A stretch of 62,021 nucleotides of DNA, counting the filler, from an uncultured Chlamydiae bacterium (GTDB lineage: Bacteria; Chlamydiota; Chlamydiia; Chlamydiales; SM23-39), in NCBI GenBank assembly GCA_937899275.1. It is 3 parts of 3 records of this genome, joined end to end, with 100 filler letters (N's around TTAATTAATTAA, not from the genome) between each part and the next. Parts side by side here need not be neighbours in the genome. Positions count along the whole stretch, not along the records: positions 1 to 28,165 come from CALBPE010000111.1; 2 more parts are not named here. The stretch is one strand, 5' to 3'. A model generated the notes under the pieces. It saw only the letters and a program-made list of their open reading frames with translations. It searched no databases and was not told the origin of the DNA. Numbering within the stretch: position 1 is the stretch's first letter; the number at the start of each line of letters is the position of its first letter. Of the stretch, positions 1-13,966 are shown one piece after another. The position numbers were made by a program, and so were the translations under genes.

Positions 1-124
1 AAATAAGTGAAGGATTGGTTGTTGCATCTGTAGGTTTGTAGAGCTTCATCGAGGTAAAATCCCCCGTATCTGCCACTACTGTAGTGTATTTTTTTAACTC
101 TTCTAGCTGATTTGAACTTGTCAT
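1..124 (-). CDS. tal: Transaldolase, N-terminal part (runs off the window start; not in the ORF track)
   Basis: Manual translation [41 protein letters not shown] contains the transaldolase motifs VVADTGD and DATTNPSLI. Confidence 0.93.
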   Translation of the reverse strand, partial: MTSSNQLEELKKYTTVVADTGDFTSMKLYKPTDATTNPSLI

Positions 125-157
125 AAAGGCGCCTATCTTCTTTTTTTGCAGTTATGT

Positions 158-397
158 TTAGGAGGTAGCAGAAGGAGTATCTCCTTGATCTATACTCACG
201 ATAATGATGCCAACTACAGCAAGCGCTAAAGCGCCGCCTGCAAAAACCCAATTTTGCATATAACCAGAGCTACCTGTGGAAGCTATACTAGCTTTACCTA
301 CCTGAGTTGCTTGTTGATCTCCTTTTTTCACCTTCGCCTGCAGTGAAATAAATGGGACCGTTAAAGCTAAAATGAGGGATAAAAAAATACGTTGCAT
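158..397 (-). CDS. Small exported/membrane hypothetical protein
   Basis: AGGAG RBS; signal-peptide-like N-terminus ending in LQA; C-terminal hydrophobic helix. Confidence 0.65.
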   Translation of the reverse strand: MQRIFLSLILALTVPFISLQAKVKKGDQQATQVGKASIASTGSSGYMQNWVFAGGALALAVVGIIIVSIDQGDTPSATS

Positions 398-503
398 AGA
401 ACTCCTACCATAAAAACTCCTTTTTTACTTGTAGCAGCTCTTGGATTTTTTGTCTCTTAAAGCGTCTTCCAAAGCGCTGTTTTGTATAAAACAGAAAAAA
501 TGG

Positions 504-1475
504 CTACTCTATTTTTCCATCCTTTTCCTCAGCGCGAAAATCTGCCATTTCTATTGTAACAACCGGGCTTTTCCCCAGTTTTTCATCGATTATTTCCCAT
601 TTTTCTAAAAGATCGCTTCTCTTTTCTGCAAATACATCTGCAATAGATGAAGGAATAGACAGCTTGCTATCCATTTTTTCTAAAAAGGAACGCACTTTTT
701 CAGCCACATCGAGCAAAAGCAACTTTAACTTTTCTCCCAAAAGATCTTGATATGCACGGCTCAGTTCATAAACACTACGAGAAATAGCGGTCAAAGCATT
801 TTCTCCATAAAAAAATTCATGAAGATCTTTACGTAAGCTTAAGTATTCTTTCAGCATTTGCCTGGAATGCGAGTGTTTTATATATTTTTCTAAAAACGCA
901 TCTAGCTGTTTTTCTTCTTCTGGAACAGGCTCTTCTATTTTTGATGCGCCTTTAAAGCCCAAACTCCGCCATGAAACTTCAGTAAAACTAGACCACTGAG
1001 ACTGCTTTTGATGCGCTCGAAATGAGCTTACCTGTTTACTAGTCTGCTGGAATTTTTTCATTTCTTCATTAAAGGCGTCAAAGCGCTTTTTATAGCTTTC
1101 TAACCTAGTAAATACGGATTGATATTTTCCTGAAAGGAGCTTTACAAGCTCGGCAAAAGAGCCTTCTTTTTTTACAGGATTATACTGAAAATAGAGTCTA
1201 TGCACTTTGGCATCCTGGTTATCAAGAAAAGTGGGCTCCAAAGAGCCTAAAGGGCTGATGATATGCGCTCTTTTTTCCAATAGATTTTCATCTGGAAAAG
1301 AGTTTTTCCCTTCTTTTCCTTCTGAAATTTCATAGTGGGGAAAAAGACGGTTATTCACAGATACATAGATTGTTTCAAGCTCTGTCCACTCTGTAAAAAC
1401 GTATTGAAAACGCTGTAAGTCTCCTGTTTTCACATAAGAGACTGGGGGAAGAGATGCAGAACAATATATAGACAT
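504..1475 (-). CDS. Hypothetical helical/coiled-coil protein
   Basis: 323-aa ORF with TAGGAG RBS; charged and helical composition; no family recognised. Confidence 0.65.
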   Translation of the reverse strand: MSIYCSASLPPVSYVKTGDLQRFQYVFTEWTELETIYVSVNNRLFPHYEISEGKEGKNSFPDENLLEKRAHIISPLGSLEPTFLDNQDAKVHRLYFQYNPVKKEGSFAELVKLLSGKYQSVFTRLESYKKRFDAFNEEMKKFQQTSKQVSSFRAHQKQSQWSSFTEVSWRSLGFKGASKIEEPVPEEEKQLDAFLEKYIKHSHSRQMLKEYLSLRKDLHEFFYGENALTAISRSVYELSRAYQDLLGEKLKLLLLDVAEKVRSFLEKMDSKLSIPSSIADVFAEKRSDLLEKWEIIDEKLGKSPVVTIEMADFRAEEKDGKIE

Positions 1476-1792
1476 AAGAGGCTCCTAAAAAATTTTAAGG
1501 AATGAATCCTACATTTAGCGGGAAAATCAATCAATAAACTTATAAAAATAGACTGAAAATACCCATTACACCCTTCTACTAACCATACATCTCAACAAGA
1601 AGAAGCGTAGTTTGTCTACATCCAAGTAATAGAGAGGTTCTGAGGGTAGAAACAGCAGTAGTTCGTAGAAAGCCGTGTATTGACAGCTTACTAAAGATGG
1701 ACCTGTAATTTTGTTGATAACAAAAGATATTGCATATAATCCTTTGCTAATTATAGGCTTGTGCTTTTCATTATTTTAAATAAAGGTATATT

Positions 1793-2044
1793 ATGGGATG
1801 TATTCAACTTTTTTGCCCCTGTTTTTTTAGTAACTCTTCTAGACCATCTCCTGATGACCCACATAAACTATGTGCGGATAATACTAAAGTGGCCTCTATT
1901 GCCCTAGGGATTATTGCCGCAATGGGTTTAGTCTACTCTTATATTCATGCCTCTCCCATACTAGCTTCTATAGGTGGAGCAGCAATTATAGTTGCATTGG
2001 TAGCCTTTCGTTTCGCAAGTGTTCTAGCCAATATCGGCACCTAA
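1793..2044 (+). CDS. Small Inc-like membrane protein with Cys-rich MG-C N-terminus
   Basis: AAAGGT RBS; bilobed hydrophobic segment VASIALGIIAAMGLVY...ILASIGGAAIIVALVAF. Confidence 0.6.
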   Translation: MGCIQLFCPCFFSNSSRPSPDDPHKLCADNTKVASIALGIIAAMGLVYSYIHASPILASIGGAAIIVALVAFRFASVLANIGT

Positions 2045-2237
2045 CAGCTCGCTGAGTTAACGTAGTTGGAGGTAAAGCTCAGCTGCCAAGAGCAAAAGAC
2101 TCATGATATGCAGGCTTTTGCTAAGTCTTCTTGATCTGATAGAGAGCTTTCCCCCCTTTTCCCGCAATTTCATGACAAGAGAAATTGCAAGCAATTAAAA
2201 TACATATTCGAACTATTTGAAAAAAATCTTTGGAGAT

Positions 2238-2534
2238 CTACAGAGATAAAACCTGGCTATTCTCCTTCGTATCTATCTGAGAAGATCTCTTTTCTTGCTG
2301 AAGAAATGTAGAAAAATCCTGGTCCTTACGAAACCGAAAATGTAATTTATGAGTCCTATTATTTAAATCACATCGGATAGCTAGATGGGGTATCCAAACT
2401 CTAAACATAGGATTTTGTATGACTCTTTGCCTAAATTGCTCCGCAAGACGTTTAAGAATAGGCATGAGCTTTTTCGTTTCATAGTTTTGGATTACCACAT
2501 AAAAATTTGTGTTCTTGTGTGCTGCCTGTACCAC
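2238..2534 (-). CDS. Hypothetical protein
   Basis: 98-aa ORF with plausible AGAGG RBS; no motif recognised. Confidence 0.3.
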   Translation of the reverse strand: MVQAAHKNTNFYVVIQNYETKKLMPILKRLAEQFRQRVIQNPMFRVWIPHLAIRCDLNNRTHKLHFRFRKDQDFSTFLQQEKRSSQIDTKENSQVLSL

Positions 2535-2831
2535 TACAGAGCTACCTCTGTTTATCGACTTTGGGTATGTTATCCCATAGGTATTGGCCTAAGAGAGCAA
2601 CTTCTTTTTTATCTAGTAGCCTAGTGTTGTCTTTTGCAGTTGTAAATAAGGTTGCGTGACCAATAAAAGTTCTATGAGATGCGGTATTGCATATCGGTGT
2701 AGACATAATCAAAATCCTAAGTAAAAATAATAAAAAGGGATCAATGATACACCTAATATAAAGATATCATCAAGAAAAGAGGGTTCGCGCTCTATACAAC
2801 AAGAAAAAATATTTGTAAAATCATCTAGCAT

Positions 2832-2868
2832 AAAAAAAAGCTAATGAATCCGTAGATCCATTAGCTTT
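2832..2868 (-). terminator. Intrinsic terminator after rpoC
   Basis: Minus strand reads GCTAATGGATC-TACG-GATTCATTAGC followed by T8. Confidence 0.8.
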
Positions 2869-2905
2869 GTCAAAAACAGTTTTTTGCAGTGTTTTACAGT
2901 AGCTG

Positions 2906-5900
2906 CTACATAGCTGGGATACTGTCTGCATCTTCAAAAGAAAATTCAAGATCTTCTTCCGCTTCCCGGTCAATGTACTGTTGGACTTTTTTATGGTACT
3001 CAAACCCGGTTCCTCCAGGAATAATATGTCCAATAATGGTGTTGCCCTTAGGATCTCTGAGATAATCAGATTTTCCTTCGGTAGCAGCTTCCGTTAATAC
3101 TCTTGTGGTCTCTTGGAAAGAGGCCGCAGAGATGAAGGACTCTGTACCAAGCGACGCTTTGGTGATCCCTAAAAGAACAGGCGCTGCTTGCGATGGCTTA
3201 CCACCTTCTGCAATTGTTTTTTTGTTCGTTTCGTGGAAACGTTTTTTGTCTACATCTTCACCGTATAAAAATGTCGTATCACCTGGATCGATGATGCGCA
3301 CTTTTTGTAGCATCTGTCTTACAATGATTTCAATATGCTTATCATTGATGTCGACACCTTGGAGTCTGTAGACTTCTTGTACTTGATTAACCAGGTACTT
3401 TTGTAGTTCACGAACACCGCAAACCTCTAAAATCTCTTGAGGTACGATTAAACCATCTGTCAGCTGTTGACCTTTGATGACATGATCATCTTTTTGTACG
3501 ATCAAGTGCTTGGTTAAAGGAATGAGATGCTCTTCTTCCATACCAGAGGTTAGATCGCGTACAACGACAATACGTTTGTTTTTCTGCACGCCTTTGAAGT
3601 CAACAACGCCGTCTAGCTTAGCGATTTCTGCTGCATCTTTTGGTCTTCTTGCTTCAAATAGCTCAGCTACTCGAGGAAGACCTCCCGTGATGTCTTTGTT
3701 CTTGATTGCTCCTCTTGGAAGTTTTGCAAGAATCATACCAGCAGAAACAGTTTGTTGTTCATCTACAATGATGACCGCACCTGATGGAATCGCATAGGTA
3801 CCTACAAGGTCTTTACCTTCTTTATCAGAGAAAATAGAGATTTGTGGGTGGAGCTCACCTCGGTATTGCTTTACAATCAGCTCAGTTTGTCCTGTCTGTT
3901 TGTTCACCTCTTTTTGTGTGGAGATCCCTTCAACAAGATCTTCGTACTTCACAAAACCTGGTTTTTCGCAAATAATTGGGATACTATGTTCTTCCCATTC
4001 ACCGATCTTCGCTCCTTTAGGCACAGTTGCGCCGTCCTCGTAGTAGATCTCGCATCCAAGCTCTACTTTGAAAGACTGTAAAGGCTCAATCGATTTGGTT
4101 TCGAGAAGCTTTTTGTACTCTTCTAATGTGCGGTTTTCATCTTTTACAATATGGAGCATGCCGTTTTTATTTAGAGCAAGCCAGCTACCCGCATCATTTT
4201 TTACAACGCGAAGGTCCATGTAGACCAGTACTCCTTCAGCATCTGACTCGATTTCAGGGCTGAGCATAGCAGCGGCAATTCCCCCTGTGTGGAAAGTTCT
4301 CATTGTTAGCTGCGTTCCAGGCTCACCAATCGATTGCGCGGCAACAATTCCTATCGCTTCTCCAAGAGAAGACAAGACGCCTGTAGCTAGGTTTAAGCCG
4401 TAGCATTTTGCACAAATACCCCGCTTACTCTCACAAGTTAAGGCAGATCGAATTTTCACCGACTCAATACCGGCATCATCGATTTCTTCTGCTTGGATTT
4501 TAGTAAGTACATCTCCTGCATGAGCAAGGATTTTTGTACTATCACCAGGTTGGTAAATCGTATCGAGGACTGTACGGCCATAAATACGATCTTTTAATGG
4601 AACAAGCTCTTCTTGGCCTTGTTTAATCGATGTAACTTCGATACCACCTAAAGTGCCGCAGTCTTCTTCTGTGACAATTACATTTTGCGCTACGTCTACA
4701 AGCCTTCTGGTTAAGTACCCAGAGTCGGCTGTTTTAAGAGCCGTATCGGCTAGACCTTTTCTCGCTCCGTGAGTCGAAATAAAGTACTCTAGTACAGATA
4801 GGCCTTCGCGGAAGTTCGCGGTGACAGGAGATTCGATGATATCGCCAGATGGTTTTACCATCAGTCCCCTCATCGCTCCTAGCTGTTTTACCTGAGAGCG
4901 GTTTCCCCTTGCTCCCGAATCGATCATGAGATAAATGGAATTTAATTCTTCACTACCTTCATCGGTTAAAAGGGTAAATAGTTCATCAGATAGCTGCTCG
5001 GTGATTTCTGTCCAGATTGCAATCACTTTTGAGCTGCGCTCACCATCGGTGATGATACCATCGTCGTACTGCTTTTGCACTTTTGCGACTTTATCGTAAC
5101 CTTCAGCAATCGCTTGCTTCTTGCCTTTTGGCACAAGAACATCTGTGATACCAACCGATAAAGCAGCTTTTGTTGCATGAGCAAAACCGATGTTTTTCAT
5201 ATCATCCAGAAATTTCACCGTCGCTTCTAGGCCTGCTTTTTTATTGCATAAAAGGGCAAGCTCCGAAAGCCTTTTCTTACGAAGGGCGTAGTTTTGAAAG
5301 CCCATTTCTTTAGGAACAATGGTATTGAAAATCACTCTTCCTGGTGTGGTTTCAATGATTCCTCCCTCGATAAAGACCTTGATCTTTTCATGGATATGGA
5401 TACCTCTTCCTAAGTCATCAACTCGGCGAGTACCTTCTTCTTTTGGTGCATCTACCTGGTTGTAACTTACAGCAGATTGCATGGCTAATAGCACTTCTTC
5501 TGTATCGCGGAAAACCTTTACCTGTCGTCCATGTTTTTCTGGATCATGGATCGGATCATGCATTAAATAGTAGAGACCCAAAATCATATCCTGACTTGGA
5601 ACCGCAACAGGTTTACCAGAGGAGGGCAAAAAGATGTTATCTGAAGCCATCATCAATAGCTTAGTTTCAAGCTGCGCTTCGATAGATAAAGGCACGTGAA
5701 CAGCCATTTGGTCTCCATCAAAGTCGGCGTTAAACGCAGGCGTTACCAAAGGATGGATACGGATCGCTTTTCCTTCGATCAATACTGGTTCAAATGCTTG
5801 TATACCTAGTCTGTGTAAAGTAGGCGCCCTGTTTAAAAGAACAGGATGACCTTTAATGATCTCTTCTAATACGTCCCATACCTCTTCCGATTGGCGTTGA

Positions 5901-7093
5901 ATCATTTTCTTCGCACTACGGATTGTATAGACGTAACCTAGATCTTTTAGTTTTTTTACAATAAACGGCTCAAACAACTCTAAAGCCATCTGCTTAGGCA
6001 GTCCACACTGATTGAATTTCAACTCAGGTCCTACCACGATCACAGAACGCCCTGAATAATCTACCCTTTTACCTAAAAGGTTTTGACGAAAACGTCCCGA
6101 TTTACCTTTTAGCATTTCAGAAAGAGACTTTAACGGGCGGTTGCCCGCTCCCATTACTGGGTGGCCATGTCTTCCATTATCAAAAAGTGCATCTACTGCT
6201 TCTTGTAACATACGCTTTTCATTGCGCACGATTACATCAGGAGTCTTTAGCTTCAAGATAGACTTTAGTCTGTTATTTCTGTTAATAACGCGTCGATATA
6301 AATCGTTAAGATCAGACGTAGCAAATCTACCTCCATCAAGAGGTACTAAAGGACGTAAATCAGGAGGTATAATCGGCACAGAATGCAAAACCATGTCTTG
6401 CGTATCATTAGTGCTAGTAGAAAAACCTTCTACGATTTTTAAACGCTTTGCAAGCTTCATACGCGCCTGCATCGATTTTGTTCTTCTCAGTTTTTCCTTT
6501 AAATCAACTACGAGAATAGATAGATCTTCTGATTTGAGTAGATCAAAAATCGCCTCGCCGCCCATTTTCGCTGTAAACGAATCAGGGCCCCATTTTTCTT
6601 GCGCTTCTCGATATTCTGCGTCATTAAGCAGCTGTTTTTTTTCTAAGTCTGATCGACCTGGATCGGTAACAATGTACTCTTCATAATAGATCACTCTTTC
6701 TAAGTCTGCCGTGGACATACCAAGCGTATTTCCGATGCGCGAAGGCATTGTCTTGAAAAACCAAATATGGACTACAGGAACAGCTAACTCAATATGGGCC
6801 ATCCGCTCTCTTCGCACTTTAGAAAGGGTAACTTCTACGCCGCAGCGATCACAAATAATACCTTTGTGCTTGATCTTTTTGTACTTACCGCAAGCGCACT
6901 CCCAGTCTTTTGTAGGACCAAAAATTTTCTCACAGAAAAGACCGCCTTTTTCTGGCTTAAACGTGCGGTAATTGATCGTTTCTGGTTTTTTTACTTCTCC
7001 ACGAGACCACTTGCCCCGAATTACCTCTTCAGAGGCAATCTTGATGGTTAGTTTGTCAAACTGTGAATTTTGTGTATCTTCATCTTCTAGCAT
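2906..7093 (-). CDS. rpoC: DNA-directed RNA polymerase subunit beta'
   Basis: NADFDGD catalytic motif, N-terminal zinc finger, GEPGTQLTMRTFH; start moved to the ATG at 7093 behind a GAGGAG RBS. Confidence 0.99.
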   Translation of the reverse strand: MLEDEDTQNSQFDKLTIKIASEEVIRGKWSRGEVKKPETINYRTFKPEKGGLFCEKIFGPTKDWECACGKYKKIKHKGIICDRCGVEVTLSKVRRERMAHIELAVPVVHIWFFKTMPSRIGNTLGMSTADLERVIYYEEYIVTDPGRSDLEKKQLLNDAEYREAQEKWGPDSFTAKMGGEAIFDLLKSEDLSILVVDLKEKLRRTKSMQARMKLAKRLKIVEGFSTSTNDTQDMVLHSVPIIPPDLRPLVPLDGGRFATSDLNDLYRRVINRNNRLKSILKLKTPDVIVRNEKRMLQEAVDALFDNGRHGHPVMGAGNRPLKSLSEMLKGKSGRFRQNLLGKRVDYSGRSVIVVGPELKFNQCGLPKQMALELFEPFIVKKLKDLGYVYTIRSAKKMIQRQSEEVWDVLEEIIKGHPVLLNRAPTLHRLGIQAFEPVLIEGKAIRIHPLVTPAFNADFDGDQMAVHVPLSIEAQLETKLLMMASDNIFLPSSGKPVAVPSQDMILGLYYLMHDPIHDPEKHGRQVKVFRDTEEVLLAMQSAVSYNQVDAPKEEGTRRVDDLGRGIHIHEKIKVFIEGGIIETTPGRVIFNTIVPKEMGFQNYALRKKRLSELALLCNKKAGLEATVKFLDDMKNIGFAHATKAALSVGITDVLVPKGKKQAIAEGYDKVAKVQKQYDDGIITDGERSSKVIAIWTEITEQLSDELFTLLTDEGSEELNSIYLMIDSGARGNRSQVKQLGAMRGLMVKPSGDIIESPVTANFREGLSVLEYFISTHGARKGLADTALKTADSGYLTRRLVDVAQNVIVTEEDCGTLGGIEVTSIKQGQEELVPLKDRIYGRTVLDTIYQPGDSTKILAHAGDVLTKIQAEEIDDAGIESVKIRSALTCESKRGICAKCYGLNLATGVLSSLGEAIGIVAAQSIGEPGTQLTMRTFHTGGIAAAMLSPEIESDAEGVLVYMDLRVVKNDAGSWLALNKNGMLHIVKDENRTLEEYKKLLETKSIEPLQSFKVELGCEIYYEDGATVPKGAKIGEWEEHSIPIICEKPGFVKYEDLVEGISTQKEVNKQTGQTELIVKQYRGELHPQISIFSDKEGKDLVGTYAIPSGAVIIVDEQQTVSAGMILAKLPRGAIKNKDITGGLPRVAELFEARRPKDAAEIAKLDGVVDFKGVQKNKRIVVVRDLTSGMEEEHLIPLTKHLIVQKDDHVIKGQQLTDGLIVPQEILEVCGVRELQKYLVNQVQEVYRLQGVDINDKHIEIIVRQMLQKVRIIDPGDTTFLYGEDVDKKRFHETNKKTIAEGGKPSQAAPVLLGITKASLGTESFISAASFQETTRVLTEAATEGKSDYLRDPKGNTIIGHIIPGGTGFEYHKKVQQYIDREAEEDLEFSFEDADSIPAM

Positions 7094-7104
7094 CAACGAT
7101 CTCC

Positions 7105-10869
<3,765 letters not shown>

Positions 10870-10983
10870 TTTTTCTCCTGTTAAAGCCAAAATGATTTTT
10901 GAACCGGTTTACATATAGAATAAGAGCAGAAAGCTTGTATATGCACTTCTGCTCCTTCAGGTTTACATAGTAGACGGTTTATT

Positions 10984-11388
10984 TTAAACTGCTACTAGGG
11001 AAACTTCTCCACCAGCTGCTTTGATTTTTTCTGCAATTTCTTCCGCTTCTTTTTTCGGTGCAGATTCTTTAATCACGCTACCAGCCTTGTCTGCAAGTTC
11101 TTTTGCTTCTTTTAGACCAAGCTGCGTTACAGCGCGGATTTCTTTAATCACAGCAATTTTGTTAGAGCCGGTTTTCTCAAGAACAACTTTGAAGTCGGTT
11201 GCTTCTGCTGCAGGAGCCTCTGCAGCTCCACCTGCTGCAGGAGCTGCCACAACTGCTGCTGCAGCTGCCGCTTTTACGCCCCATGTATCTTCTAAAGCTT
11301 GTTTTAGTTTTGACATTTCCAAGACAGTTAGTTGGCTGAGATTTGCCACTAGGTCTTCGATTTTTTTGTTTTCTGCTTCTGTACTCAC
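10984..11388 (-). CDS. rplL: 50S ribosomal protein L7/L12
   Basis: Ala-rich hinge; KIAVIKEIRAVTQLGLKEAKEL; operon position. Confidence 0.98.
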   Translation of the reverse strand: MSTEAENKKIEDLVANLSQLTVLEMSKLKQALEDTWGVKAAAAAAVVAAPAAGGAAEAPAAEATDFKVVLEKTGSNKIAVIKEIRAVTQLGLKEAKELADKAGSVIKESAPKKEAEEIAEKIKAAGGEVSLVAV

Positions 11389-11408
11389 GATGTTTACCTC
11401 GACTATGT

Positions 11409-11927
11409 TTAATTAGATTCTTTACTTTTATTTTCCAAACAGTGCATGACGCTGGTAAGTAACCCTTCCATCACAGAAAGTGTTTGTGTCATCGGAGCTT
11501 CTAATAGCCCGATAAATTGCGCTCTCATTTCATCCATGCTTGGTAATTTTGATAATTCTTTCACGTCAGAAGGAGAATACATCTTCTCATCATATCGTCC
11601 TGAAAGAATGGTAAAGAGTTCGCCTTGCTCTTTATTGAAGGAAAAAACTGCTTTTGTTCCCTCAATGGTTTTATCTCCTTCGAGGAATACCACCCCGACG
11701 TTCCCTTTTACATCTGTCATTTCTAAAGAAATTCCCGCAGATTCAGCTGCTTTGTAAAAAATACGCTTTTTTACAACGCTGAATTTCGCGCCATTTTCTC
11801 TAAGCTTTTCCCTAAAGTCCCAAGAAAGATCGGGAGCAACATGAGGGTAGCTCATGATAATAAAAGCGCTTGATGCGTCTATATTCTCTTGAATTTCATC
11901 TAATAATAATTGTTTTTCTGGTCTCAT
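11409..11927 (-). CDS. rplJ: 50S ribosomal protein L10
   Basis: MRPEKQLLL start; LSKLPSMDEMRAQFIGLL; lies between rplA and rplL. Confidence 0.95.
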   Translation of the reverse strand: MRPEKQLLLDEIQENIDASSAFIIMSYPHVAPDLSWDFREKLRENGAKFSVVKKRIFYKAAESAGISLEMTDVKGNVGVVFLEGDKTIEGTKAVFSFNKEQGELFTILSGRYDEKMYSPSDVKELSKLPSMDEMRAQFIGLLEAPMTQTLSVMEGLLTSVMHCLENKSKESN

Positions 11928-11931
11928 TTGT

Positions 11932-12627
11932 CTAACTCAAAGATAAAGAATTGATATCGATTAAAAACCCAGGACCCATTGTAGAGGAAATCGCAAGGTT
12001 TTTCAAATAGGTTCCTTTGGCTGTTGCAGGCTTAGCCTTCATTACACTGCTCAAATAAAAAAGAATATTCTCTTGTAAGTTAGCAGCGGAAAAAGAGACT
12101 TTACCTACACTATTATTTAAAACGCCCTGCTTATCGACTTTAAATGCAATTTGTCCTGCTTTAATTTCCGATACAGCTTTTCCTACATTTGTTGTAACTG
12201 TTCCCGCTTTTGGAGTAGGCATCAGCCCCCTCGGTCCAAGAATTTTACCCAACTTACCCACATGACGCATCATATCTGGTGTGGTAATGACCGCATCGAA
12301 ATCGGTCCAGCCGCCCTGTATTTTTGTTACTAGCTCATCAGAACCAACAAAATCTGCTCCAGCCTCTTCTGCTTCTTTAGCTTTATCGCCTTGAGCAAAG
12401 ACTAAAATACGAACCACTTTACCCGTCCCATGAGGAAGAGATACAACGCCTCGCACTTGTTGATCAGATTTCTTTGGATCAACACCTAAAACTAGAGACA
12501 AGTCAACAGACTCATCAAATTTTGCCTTAGGGCACTGTTGTAGTAGAGAAAGGGCATCTTCTAAAGTGTATTTTTTCTTTTCTGGAAGAAGATGTGCTAA
12601 TTCTTTTGCTTTTTTTGTTTTTCTCAT
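11932..12627 (-). CDS. rplA: 50S ribosomal protein L1
   Basis: [35 protein letters not shown] motifs. Confidence 0.98.
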   Translation of the reverse strand: MRKTKKAKELAHLLPEKKKYTLEDALSLLQQCPKAKFDESVDLSLVLGVDPKKSDQQVRGVVSLPHGTGKVVRILVFAQGDKAKEAEEAGADFVGSDELVTKIQGGWTDFDAVITTPDMMRHVGKLGKILGPRGLMPTPKAGTVTTNVGKAVSEIKAGQIAFKVDKQGVLNNSVGKVSFSAANLQENILFYLSSVMKAKPATAKGTYLKNLAISSTMGPGFLIDINSLSLS

Positions 12628-12629
12628 TG

Positions 12630-13061
12630 TTACGCTCCCGTTTTGATAACATCACCCATAGATCGGGCCGTTCCTATAACGATTTGGCATCGAGCTTCTT
12701 TTGTCGACGCTCTTAAATCAGGAGATTTTTTCTCCGCAATATCCTCTACCTGGTCCATAGTCAAAGCAGCTACTTTATCTCGGTTAGGCACTCCTGATCC
12801 TGAGGAGATACCAGCTGCTTTTAAAATCAGCTGAGACATAGGGGGCTGCTTGAGCTCAAAGGTGAAGGATTTATCCGCATATACTGTGATAACTACGGGT
12901 AAAATATCTCCCCCCTTATCAGAGGTTTTTGCATTGAATTCTTTGCAAAATCCCATGATGTTTACTCCAGCTGCACCAAGAGCTGGTCCTATCGGAGGAG
13001 CTGGATTTGCTTTTCCAGCAGGAATTTGTAGTTTGATAATTTTTACAACTTTTTTCGCCAT
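12630..13061 (-). CDS. rplK: 50S ribosomal protein L11
   Basis: [27 protein letters not shown]. Confidence 0.98.
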   Translation of the reverse strand: MAKKVVKIIKLQIPAGKANPAPPIGPALGAAGVNIMGFCKEFNAKTSDKGGDILPVVITVYADKSFTFELKQPPMSQLILKAAGISSGSGVPNRDKVAALTMDQVEDIAEKKSPDLRASTKEARCQIVIGTARSMGDVIKTGA

Positions 13062-13077
13062 AATGTGTCCTTAATCG

Positions 13078-13617
13078 TTATTCCTCGCCTAAGACTTGCT
13101 CCACTTGCCAGAATTCCAAGTCGTCTACGCGTGTATCTCTACCAAAGATTGAAACTAAGGCGCTCAATCTGCCTTTGTCATGAAAGACTTCGATAACCGT
13201 TCCGATAAAATTCACAAACACACCATCGGTGATTTTGACTTTATCCCCCGTTTCAAACTTATGCTTTTGCACGACACCTTTTTTCTTCTCTTCTAAGTCT
13301 TGTAGAATTTCTCCCACCTCTGCTTCTGTTAGAGCAGTTGGTTTATCACCACCTAGAAAGTCGAGTACAGAAAGAGATCCTTTAATATAGGTCCAAGATT
13401 CATCTGTTAAGGTCATTTTGACCAATATGTATCCTGGCCACAATTTCTTTTCAGAAATTTTCTGCTCACCGCGCTTCATTTCTGAAACTTTTTCTGTCGG
13501 CACAAGCACCTCGTCGATGAAATCTTCCATTCCTTTTTTGGTGATGTAATCTTCAATCGACTTTTTGGCTTTTTTTTCATGTCCAGATATTACCTGGACT
13601 ACATACCACTTATGCAT
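13078..13617 (-). CDS. nusG: Transcription termination/antitermination factor NusG
   Basis: MHKWYVVQV start, PGYILV, KOW motif, VSIFGRDT. Confidence 0.97.
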   Translation of the reverse strand: MHKWYVVQVISGHEKKAKKSIEDYITKKGMEDFIDEVLVPTEKVSEMKRGEQKISEKKLWPGYILVKMTLTDESWTYIKGSLSVLDFLGGDKPTALTEAEVGEILQDLEEKKKGVVQKHKFETGDKVKITDGVFVNFIGTVIEVFHDKGRLSALVSIFGRDTRVDDLEFWQVEQVLGEE

Positions 13618-13619
13618 AG

Positions 13620-13847
13620 CTATCCTACCATCCAATTGACCAGTTCCCTTAAAGTATCTAAAGAGGTTCTTATGCTTAGATCTACAAGGTAAATTGCAAG
13701 ACCAAAAACTAAGGTGGATGCAATCACAATCTTTGTAAACATCTTGAGCTCTTTTTTAGAGGTCCAAGTAACTTTTTTTAGTTCCGATTGAACTTCACCA
13801 AAGAAGTGGTCTTTTTTTTTCTTTTTTGAACGAGTCACAGCAGTCAT
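13620..13847 (-). CDS. secE: Preprotein translocase subunit SecE
   Basis: ELKKVTWTSKKEL motif plus one TM helix; lies between tRNA-Trp and nusG. Confidence 0.93.
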   Translation of the reverse strand: MTAVTRSKKKKKDHFFGEVQSELKKVTWTSKKELKMFTKIVIASTLVFGLAIYLVDLSIRTSLDTLRELVNWMVG

Positions 13848-13864
13848 CTTTATCCTTTTCTAAT

Positions 13865-13937
13865 CGAGTGCGGAGGGATTCGAACCCCCGACCGGCGACT
13901 TTGGAGATCGCTGCTCTACCAGCTGAGCTACACACCC
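13865..13937 (-). tRNA. tRNA-Trp (CCA)
   Basis: Folded by hand: GGGTGTG acceptor, GCGAT-CTCCAAA-GTCGC anticodon arm, GGTTCGAATCC T-loop. Confidence 0.96.
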
Positions 13938-13966
13938 TGACTTTTCGTCAAAGTAAACTATACAGT

